Shown in pieces: positions 17,466-24,522 of a stretch of 44,262 nt of DNA. Position 1 is the first letter of the stretch. Each line of letters starts with the position of its first letter. A program made the translations under genes and the position numbers. The notes under the pieces are model-generated. The model made no database searches, was not told where the DNA came from, and saw only the letters and a program-made list of their open reading frames with translations. Location: positions 1-44,262 of the IMG/VR virus record IMGVR_UViG_3300017646_000172; one strand, written 5' to 3'. The DNA is from a virus (taxonomy: Duplodnaviria > Caudoviricetes).

Positions 17466-17908
17466 CAGTTGACCCTCGTGTTTATTCGATATGCGCAGAG
17501 TACGGCATCAAGATCGTGGATGCTCACCGATACCCGGATATTGGCGAAACACGGGCGGTCGCCACACTGGACCGGATACTGCGCAACCATGGAGAAGGTC
17601 ATTTCCGCTTGGTTATGACCACATTGGCGGAAACCTCTAACAATCGGGCGTATCTTGATGAATACTCGTGGTGGATGGCCTCGGATATGGTGATTGCCAA
17701 CCGTGGCCTGATCGAGCGCGATCCGTCCGCATGGCTTGAATTATGGGATGCAATACCGCTAGGGCGTCTTCAATTCATGATGAACGACCTTTCCGGCGTT
17801 GTCCCACAAAGACACGCATTATCTGGCGTGGTATTTGAACGTATATACCGACGCTTTGGACCGAATGCAGATCAATTAGATTTGCTCGATGACAGGAGGA
17901 CAGCATGA
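17462..17908 (+). CDS. Conserved hypothetical phage protein
   Basis: ATGA-coupled ORF. Confidence 0.75.
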   Translation: MTVDPRVYSICAEYGIKIVDAHRYPDIGETRAVATLDRILRNHGEGHFRLVMTTLAETSNNRAYLDEYSWWMASDMVIANRGLIERDPSAWLELWDAIPLGRLQFMMNDLSGVVPQRHALSGVVFERIYRRFGPNADQLDLLDDRRTA

Positions 17909-18537
17909 CGCCGTTGGAAATAGCTGAACTGTTCATCCGAGGCGCAGAAGTTGACCGGCGGTTGCCACAGACAGCGAAGCCGAAGCAGTTGAAGGCGCAG
18001 AGCCTGGGATATGTCCATAGCTGGGCTGAAATGCGTGAATGGGGCGATGAGCGGCATAAAGAGCATCGCGCCGAGATGTTCGCCAAGACCAAGCTGACGA
18101 CGCAAGACGTATCAGAGTGGGAACGGTGCAACCAGCTTATCCTTTCCGTGAAAGACGATATGCGCCGTCGCTGTCTCTGGGCATGGGCCAACGCACAAGC
18201 TGGCGGGACGCCGTTTGGCAAATGGTGCACGAAGCAGGGCTTCACCAGAGAAACAGGAAGAAAGCGAAAAAACCGGGCGATTTTAGAGATTTTCGGTGAG
18301 ATTGCCCGCACTAACGGCCAAAATTACAAAAACGGCCTAGAAGGGGTGTTGCATGTTTGCCCTGAAAACGGTCAGATTGAGGTCACAATCGGAGACCATG
18401 CGGACAGCGAAAAGGTGCTGACATGGCGGGATGATTTCTCGCTAACGCACGGTGAAACCGAACCGGATTTCAGTTGGGCAGAAGCCCGAAACGAAAGACG
18501 CCGCCAGAAATACGCTGAAAGGCGAAAGGCGGCATAA
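17905..18537 (+). CDS. Q-position late-gene regulator / antiterminator candidate
   Basis: Last early gene before the late leader; helical sigma4-like C-terminal region; inference from position. Confidence 0.6.
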   Translation: MTPLEIAELFIRGAEVDRRLPQTAKPKQLKAQSLGYVHSWAEMREWGDERHKEHRAEMFAKTKLTTQDVSEWERCNQLILSVKDDMRRRCLWAWANAQAGGTPFGKWCTKQGFTRETGRKRKNRAILEIFGEIARTNGQNYKNGLEGVLHVCPENGQIEVTIGDHADSEKVLTWRDDFSLTHGETEPDFSWAEARNERRRQKYAERRKAA

Positions 18538-18607
18538 GCGGGTGCAAGTAGCAGGCGACCGAATGTCCAACCGGTTGCCGGGAGGTGCAAATCCTCCCAC
18601 AGCGCCA
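18513..18607 (+). pseudogene. Degenerate tRNA-like element (T-arm, acceptor 3' strand, CCA)
   Basis: GGGAGG-TGCAAAT-CCTCCC (18580-18598) then ACAGCGCCA; CGCTG 18513-17 can pair with CAGCG 18600-04; 8-bp stem 18554-61/18572-79; no canonical D-arm or anticodon arm. Confidence 0.45.
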
Positions 18608-18611
18608 GTTT

Positions 18612-19183
18612 ACCCACCTGTCGCGTGTCGGCAGGCCCAAGGCGTGAATGCCTTGCTTATTCCGAGCCACTGGCCCCTCATCTGGTCTCGGTGTGGTGTT
18701 ATGAGGGTGACGCGGGAAAGGACCGTACCGTAATCGGCTAGCTGTAGATTGCGCGTCGTTCACGATGGCGACGAAAAACAACCATCGTCTGAATAAGCCC
18801 TGCAAAGGGCATAGGGTGGCCCGCCCTTGGCAAGAATAACGGGCACTTATTCGAGGCAACGCCTCAACGGAATGCAATCGTCTAACGGTCTATGTGCCGC
18901 CCATCATTCGCCGGTAAGGTTCGACCTCCGATATGGTGCAATCCTCTTTTGCATGGGTATGTCACGGGATGCATAGACGCGATGATATGAGCGGGGAACC
19001 GAGCTAAGCCAAAAGGCTACGGCACCGCGAAAAGATCAAGCAGTTAGACGATTGCCCTTTATCCGTATGGTGGTAGGCCACCGTATAACGAAGTCGTCCC
19101 GTACCCAATCGGGACTAGGTGCCGGGCCGACGCGGTGAAACATCCGTATCCCGGAAGTCGTCGGATGCATACGGCGCAACAAC
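18612..19183 (+). ncRNA. Large ornate non-coding RNA, ROOL-like candidate
   Basis: About 570 nt with no credible ORF; long-range stems 18655-62/18791-98, 18874-86/19043-55 (13 bp perfect), 19063-69/19168-74; many hairpins including a GCAA tetraloop at 18797-18810; crossing pairings; ends at a terminator. Confidence 0.7.
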
Positions 19184-19211
19184 AGCCGTCGCCTTCGGGT
19201 GGCGGCTTTTT
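19184..19211 (+). terminator. Intrinsic terminator
   Basis: AGCCGTCGCC-TTCG-GGTGGCGGCT followed by TTTT. Confidence 0.88.
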
Positions 19212-19231
19212 CATTGGAGAGAGGTACGGAA

Positions 19232-19432
19232 CTAAAATGGGATGGCTTCATCCTGCGGCATAGACCGGAGCTTCAGGAAGTCATCACGTTCAAAGATGCC
19301 GTACTCTTCTATCCAGACCTTAAGGTCAAAGGTGGCGTGTCGGACGAACTCTTGGGCGGTTTCGAGTTCGATGAACTCATATGGCCGAGACGTCCCGTCT
19401 TCGAGTAGTTCCAATACCTTGATCTGATACAT
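19232..19432 (-). CDS. Antisense moron, small acidic protein
   Basis: AGGAGG RBS; AT-rich upstream region; bracketed by terminators. Confidence 0.65.
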   Translation of the reverse strand: MYQIKVLELLEDGTSRPYEFIELETAQEFVRHATFDLKVWIEEYGIFERDDFLKLRSMPQDEAIPF

Positions 19433-19490
19433 TGCTGCCTCCTGTTCCCATCAGGATAATGCAAATATCTAAATGCAGGATCAATAGTCA

Positions 19491-19514
19491 GCCCCGCCAT
19501 TGAGCGGGGTTTTT
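19491..19514 (+). terminator. Intrinsic terminator
   Basis: GCCCCGC-CATTGA-GCGGGGT followed by TTTT. Confidence 0.8.
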
Positions 19515-19521
19515 CATTTTG

Positions 19522-19652
19522 GGAGCGGCACTCCTTTCACTCATCCCACCGGGCGATGAGGCAATAGCTACACTCGTGGGTGAAGAGCCCAACGCTGGCT
19601 GCTCCGAGGTGCGAACCCTGCATATCAACGGCGTGAAGTGGGCAGGCCCGGT
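19522..19652 (+). ncRNA. Candidate compact pseudoknotted RNA / leader
   Basis: Stems 19522-29/19598-605, 19540-45/19555-60, 19617-21/19642-46; loop ACCGGGC 19548-54 is complementary to GCCCGGT 19646-52. Confidence 0.4.
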
Positions 19653-19674
19653 AGATACCAACAGAGGAACGGAT

Positions 19675-19923
19675 ATGACACCTGATGCCATACCGCAGGA
19701 TATCTGGGAACTTGCTGATAAAGCCCACAATGCGATGTTGCAGGCAGATACTCACGACGACCAAATAGACATCATCGCATTTGCAGTCCTCGCAGAGCGC
19801 ATACGGTGCGGCGCACTAGCCAACAAATATCGACACGAAACATCGTCTCTTATGTCCATGCCGCCGCAGAGCGCCGCAGCCGCAGCGATAGAGCGCGCAA
19901 TTCTTTCCGGGGAACCCATATGA
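19675..19923 (+). CDS. Hypothetical phage protein
   Basis: GAGGA RBS before ATG 19675. Confidence 0.65.
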   Translation: MTPDAIPQDIWELADKAHNAMLQADTHDDQIDIIAFAVLAERIRCGALANKYRHETSSLMSMPPQSAAAAAIERAILSGEPI

Positions 19924-20213
19924 ACCGCAGACGCTTCCTTTCATTCCTCGGCCTCGCTCCTGTAGCTGCTGCCGTTCCTGCAATGGCACTGCCAAGGCCG
20001 GAGAAGCCGACTGAGATTGATAAGCTGGTGATTGATGTGAGCGGCCCAGACCCGGAAGCAATGCGCCGCTTGATGGATGACATTGCCAATGATCAAGCGC
20101 AGTTCCTTGAACGGGTGTCTTCGGTAAAGGCTGATCGGTTTGCCAACCAGGATGAGACGTTTGTCTTCGACACCAAGGAAGGCACCATTACCATGAACGT
20201 TGCGATTGTCTGA
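19920..20213 (+). CDS. Small protein with twin-arginine-like signal peptide
   Basis: MNRRRFLSFLGLAPVAAAVPAMA N-terminus; ATGA coupling. Confidence 0.7.
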   Translation: MNRRRFLSFLGLAPVAAAVPAMALPRPEKPTEIDKLVIDVSGPDPEAMRRLMDDIANDQAQFLERVSSVKADRFANQDETFVFDTKEGTITMNVAIV

Positions 20214-20215
20214 CC

Positions 20216-20413
20216 ATGCCCAAGCCCATCCAGTTCATGCAAGCCACATGGCAGGACATCGTAGGACTGCGGCACCATCACCTAGCCGCGATCATGCGAG
20301 GGCAGACGGATGAGGCCGATGAAATCCGAGACCAGATGCATGCCAGCCTAGACGCGTACCTGGATCACCAGACCGAGGCAGCAGTAGCAGCAGAGCTTAA
20401 GGCGAAGGGGTAG
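20216..20413 (+). CDS. Hypothetical phage protein
   Basis: Packed helical ORF. Confidence 0.65.
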   Translation: MPKPIQFMQATWQDIVGLRHHHLAAIMRGQTDEADEIRDQMHASLDAYLDHQTEAAVAAELKAKG

Positions 20414-20416
20414 AGG

Positions 20417-20914
20417 ATGGCGCGCCAGCTTAATGATCTCTTTGCTGACCGCGATGAGCTTGCCGGTTTCATCGTGCGGTACGTTGCCAAGATAAAGAAG
20501 GCATCGTCCGGGTGCTATGAGTGGCAAGGGGCCACAACAACCAAAGGATACGGCGTTATTGGTTTCGGGCCAAGGTCGCGCCACGTAACGTTGTACGCAC
20601 ACCGGGTAGCGCTCTGGTTGGCCACAGGTGCGGATCAACCAACATCGCTTGTCCTGCATTCATGCGACAACCCAAAATGCTGCAATGCAGCGCATCTTTC
20701 GTATGGCACCGCTAAGGCCAATAGTGCGGACATGGTTCGTCGGGATCGCTCAACGCGAGGAGAGAGAAGCGCTAACGCCAAGCTCAGAGATGTGATGATC
20801 CCCGCGATACGCAGGGACAAACGGACCCTGAAGGCGATTGGCGAAGCGTACGGCGTAGATGCCAAGCAAATACACCGCGTCAAGAGGCGCGAGAGTTGGA
20901 AGCACGTGGCATAA
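20417..20914 (+). CDS. HNH homing-type endonuclease with C-terminal HTH
   Basis: CYEWQG...GYG...AHRVA...VLHSCDNPKCCNAAHL..GT.KAN..DM. Confidence 0.92.
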   Translation: MARQLNDLFADRDELAGFIVRYVAKIKKASSGCYEWQGATTTKGYGVIGFGPRSRHVTLYAHRVALWLATGADQPTSLVLHSCDNPKCCNAAHLSYGTAKANSADMVRRDRSTRGERSANAKLRDVMIPAIRRDKRTLKAIGEAYGVDAKQIHRVKRRESWKHVA

Positions 20915-21261
20915 TGGGACGGTTGAAGACACTGAAGCCACTCGTGAAGACGCTTTCACCGCGCCTTGCTCCTCGACATGAAAATGAAACGATCCGATCT
21001 AGGCATAGAGATCAAACCCAGGCTCATCGTCGTTGGTATAAGACCAGCAGATGGCAGAAGCTTAGATGGTCAGTGCTTACCCGCGACCTGTTCACCTGCT
21101 CGATGTGCGGGAAGATAGAGACAGACACCAGTCAGTTAGTCTGTGACCACGTAGACCCACACCACGGCGATGAACAAGCATTCTGGTCAGGACCATTTCA
21201 GACCTTGTGCAAGCCATGCCATGACCGAGACAAGCAGAGGATGGAGCGGAGATATGGGTAA
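20914..21261 (+). CDS. Terminase-associated HNH protein (HK97 gp74-like)
   Basis: WYKTSRWQKLR...CSMC...DHVDPH.GD...LCKPCH; upstream of terS. Confidence 0.9.
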   Translation: MGRLKTLKPLVKTLSPRLAPRHENETIRSRHRDQTQAHRRWYKTSRWQKLRWSVLTRDLFTCSMCGKIETDTSQLVCDHVDPHHGDEQAFWSGPFQTLCKPCHDRDKQRMERRYG

Positions 21262-21517
21262 GGGAACAGCAATCATTGACATAGCTGTAGATACGCTTGG
21301 TATCGCTCTTGCCATCATGCCTTCGACGTACAAGGTGATTGGATCAGGTGTATCGATAGCACCGGACACGGTGCGTCTCATTGTGACGAGTGATGACCTG
21401 ACTTTGGATAAGCAGGTGCATATCACATGCGAAGTTCGGGATGTTGGTAGCCAACGGACAGTCTTGATGAAGCCGGTCGAGCAACATCAGTACCAATGGT
21501 CAGAGCCAAACTGGTAA
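21254..21517 (+). CDS. Hypothetical protein
   Basis: GGAG RBS; overlaps HNH stop. Confidence 0.55.
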   Translation: MGKGTAIIDIAVDTLGIALAIMPSTYKVIGSGVSIAPDTVRLIVTSDDLTLDKQVHITCEVRDVGSQRTVLMKPVEQHQYQWSEPNW

Positions 21518-21539
21518 CCCGAGGATCGGCAGCCCCTCT

Positions 21540-21737
21540 ATCGAGGTCCCGTGAAACATCGACCGTGAAACATTCTGGGTCATTGATATGTGACAAAAAT
21601 GTCACTTTTGAAGGGGTGTGACCGAAAAGCAACACCTCAAGGGGGGGCGGAGGTCGAAGTCAAAGACCCCCTCGACCGCCAGACCCGCGTCCCCCACACG
21701 CGCAGATTTTTTTCCGCTTAACAAAGGCTGTTAATCG
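21540..21737. other. Probable cos/packaging-initiation region
   Basis: Non-coding gap before terS with a G-run (21641-21650), C-rich tract, T-run, palindrome GTGACA-AAAA-TGTCAC and repeat CCGTGAAACAT x2; exact cut site not determinable. Confidence 0.55.
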
Positions 21738-22181
21738 ATGGCGTTAACTGAACAGAAGCGCCGGTACGCCGAAGCGCGTATGTCAGGCGCGTCGAAAAAA
21801 GAGGCTGCAATAGCGGCTGGATGCCCAGAAAAGACGGCTTCACAGGCTGCTTCGAGATATGAGAAAGACCCGGATGTTTTAGCGGCAATAGGGCGCACAC
21901 AGGTGGTAAAAGCGGCTGTTAAGCACGAACCACCGGCAGGCGAACCGAACCCGTACATACCGGCTCAGGCCAGTGATCCCCTCAAGTTCTTCGAGCAGAT
22001 GATGAATGACCCGGAAGCGGACCCGAAATTGAGGCTTGACGCTGCGAAAGCGCTGGCAAGCTTCACGGTAGCAAAGCCGGGTGAAGGGGGGAAGAAAGAA
22101 CAGCGTCAGGAAAAGGCAGAGAAGGCTATGAATAGTGGCCGGTTTGCGCCGCGCTCCCGTCCTAATCTGAAAGTCGTGTGA
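21738..22181 (+). CDS. terS: Terminase small subunit
   Basis: N-terminal HTH (KEAAIAAGC...A.QAASR); RLDAAKALA; position. Confidence 0.9.
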   Translation: MALTEQKRRYAEARMSGASKKEAAIAAGCPEKTASQAASRYEKDPDVLAAIGRTQVVKAAVKHEPPAGEPNPYIPAQASDPLKFFEQMMNDPEADPKLRLDAAKALASFTVAKPGEGGKKEQRQEKAEKAMNSGRFAPRSRPNLKVV

Positions 22182-23857
22182 TGGTTGAATGGACAACGCG
22201 ATGCCCAGATTGGGAAAAGCGGATTATCAATCGTCAATCGCTGATCCCTTTCGCCCCGCTATTCCCAGATGAGGCGGCTTATGCGCTGGAGAAGTTTAAG
22301 GCGCTCAGAGTGCCTGACCTGCCCGGGAAGCCGACATTTGGTGAATGCTGCGAACAGTGGGTATTTGATTTTGTAGCTTCGATCTTCGGAGCGAATGACC
22401 CGGAAACAGGGCAGCAGAAGATCGCCGAGTATCTTTTGCTCATTGCTAAAAAGAATACGAAATCGACCATTGCTGCCGGTATCATGTTGACGGCGCTGCT
22501 TATCGGATGGCGTGAGGAAGAAGAAATCCTCATTCTCGCCCCAACGCTTGAGGTGGCGAATAACAGCTTCAAGCCTGCTGCCGGTATGGTGCGGGCTGAT
22601 GACGAATTGGCGGATTTGCTGCATGTCCAAGAGCATACCCGTACGATTACGCATCGGGTGAATAGATCAGCGCTCAAGGTTGTCGCGGCTGAAACAGATA
22701 CGGTTTCCGGTAAGAAATCGGGCCGCATCTTGATCGATGAGCTTTGGGTGTTTGGCAAAAAGCCGAAGTCAGACGCCATGTTGCGCGAAGCAATGGGCGG
22801 CATGGTATCGCGTCCAGAAGGTTTTGTGATCTATCTGACCACGCAGAGCGACGAGCCTCCCGCTGGCGTTTTCAAGGCGAAGCTCGACTATGCCCGCGAT
22901 GTGAGAGATGGCAAGATTGAGGACAACAAATTTCTGCCGGTCCTGTATGAGTTCCCAAAGTCGATGATCGACACCGGCGAATTTATGAAGCCGGAAAACT
23001 TTTACGTCACCAACCCAAATTTAGGTCTTTCGGTTTCATCTGACTGGATTGAACGAGAGCTGACAAAGGAACTGGCAAGCGGTCCTGAAACGAGAAATGT
23101 GTTTCTTGCCAAGCATTTGAATGTCGAGATTGGCTCAAATCTGCGCGCCAATCGCTGGCCGGGTGCCGAGTTCTGGGAAGAGCGCACGGACAAGACGATA
23201 ACCAGTCTCGACGCTCTTCTGGATCGGTGTGAGGTATGCGTTGTCGGGATCGACGGCGGCGGTCTGGATGACTTATTCGGCATGACGATAGTCGGGCGTG
23301 AGAAAGGCTCGTGGAATTGGCTTTCATGGTCACATGCATGGTGTCACACAAGCGTCCTTAAGCGCCGGAAGTCTATCGCATCTCTGCTTCGTGACTTTCA
23401 GCGGGCAGGTGAATTGACGATTGTCGATGACGCGCTGGATGACATCTCGGACATAATTGGCAAGATCGATTACGTGAAAGAGCGGGGCTTGCTCGCTTCT
23501 GTAGCCGTGGACCCAGCGGGCCTAGGTGACATGATCGAAGCTCTGGATGAAATCGGCGTATCGCAGGAAAACGGCAATCTGGAAGGCGTAGCGCAGGGCT
23601 GGCGGATGATGACTGCAATCAAGTCGTCTGAACGCCGCCTTGTGAACGGTACGCTGAGACATGCACCGTCATCGCTGATGGACTGGTGTGTGGGAAATCT
23701 CAAGATTGAGCCTACCGCGACCGCGATCAAGGCAACCAAGCAAAACGCAGGCGATGCGAAGATTGACCCTGTGATGGCGCTATTCGACGCGGTGACGGTC
23801 ATGAGCCGGAACCCGGAAGTGAAGCGCGAGAAAACCTATCAGATGATGTTCGTCTGA
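22181..23857 (+). CDS. terL: Terminase large subunit (HK97/Terminase_1 type)
   Basis: Walker A-like IAKKNTKST, Walker B ILIDE, nuclease GIDGG..DD and KIDPVMA. Confidence 0.96.
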   Translation: MVEWTTRCPDWEKRIINRQSLIPFAPLFPDEAAYALEKFKALRVPDLPGKPTFGECCEQWVFDFVASIFGANDPETGQQKIAEYLLLIAKKNTKSTIAAGIMLTALLIGWREEEEILILAPTLEVANNSFKPAAGMVRADDELADLLHVQEHTRTITHRVNRSALKVVAAETDTVSGKKSGRILIDELWVFGKKPKSDAMLREAMGGMVSRPEGFVIYLTTQSDEPPAGVFKAKLDYARDVRDGKIEDNKFLPVLYEFPKSMIDTGEFMKPENFYVTNPNLGLSVSSDWIERELTKELASGPETRNVFLAKHLNVEIGSNLRANRWPGAEFWEERTDKTITSLDALLDRCEVCVVGIDGGGLDDLFGMTIVGREKGSWNWLSWSHAWCHTSVLKRRKSIASLLRDFQRAGELTIVDDALDDISDIIGKIDYVKERGLLASVAVDPAGLGDMIEALDEIGVSQENGNLEGVAQGWRMMTAIKSSERRLVNGTLRHAPSSLMDWCVGNLKIEPTATAIKATKQNAGDAKIDPVMALFDAVTVMSRNPEVKREKTYQMMFV

Positions 23858-23890
23858 TTTCACTGACAATTTGAAAGATGGAGGTCCGTC

Positions 23891-24511
23891 ATGGAAATGA
23901 CGCGGCGCGCCTATTCGTGCATCGAAGTCAAAGCGGTGAACGAAGAACGGCGCATCATTCGTGGCGTGGCGACCAGCCCAGCCGTTGATCGTGTGGGTGA
24001 CATCGTTGACCCGATGGGCGTCAAGTTCCAGAACCCGCTTCCGTTGCTCTGGCAGCACAAGCACGACAAGCCGATTGGCACCGTGAAGTTCGATGCGCCG
24101 ACCGAGAAAGGCATTAACTTCGAGGCGGAATTGCCGGTCGTGTCCGAAGCCGGAACGCTTCGGGATCGGATCGAAGAGGCGTGGCAGAGCATAAAGCTTG
24201 GTCTGGTCCGCGCCGTGTCCATCGGCTTTCGGCCCATCGAATACAGTTTCATGGAGGAAGGCGGCATTCGCTTCATCGAAAGCGAAGTGTTTGAGCTTTC
24301 AGCCGTGACTATCCCGGCCAACGAACAGGCCGTGATCTCCAGCGTTGGCAAGAGCCTTGATGCTGATGCCATCGCCCACATCAAGAAATTCGAGTTTCCG
24401 ACTGAGGAAAAGCAGGCTCCGGCCCAGATGGGCAAGAAGGCGCATGTGGCTCGCTTGGCGGCGGCGACCCATGAGCGGGTGCCATTCACCATCAACAAAA
24501 TCAATCGTTAA
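23891..24511 (+). CDS. HK97-family prohead protease
   Basis: DRVGDIV...LLWQH...PIG...SIGF...ELSAVTIPAN. Confidence 0.95.
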   Translation: MEMTRRAYSCIEVKAVNEERRIIRGVATSPAVDRVGDIVDPMGVKFQNPLPLLWQHKHDKPIGTVKFDAPTEKGINFEAELPVVSEAGTLRDRIEEAWQSIKLGLVRAVSIGFRPIEYSFMEEGGIRFIESEVFELSAVTIPANEQAVISSVGKSLDADAIAHIKKFEFPTEEKQAPAQMGKKAHVARLAAATHERVPFTINKINR

Positions 24512-24522
24512 TGGAGGTAGCA

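Noticed and set aside
18874-19055. 13-bp inverted repeat read as a retron a1/a2 pair
   Set aside because: No reverse transcriptase in the window; the helix fits better as one domain of the larger RNA
21549-21573. parS site
   Set aside because: Only direct-repeat half-sites (CGTGAAACA), not the palindrome; no ParB gene in the window
21718-21747. CtrA boxes upstream of terS
   Set aside because: TTAA half-sites are spaced by 9 nt, not the 7 nt of the CtrA consensus
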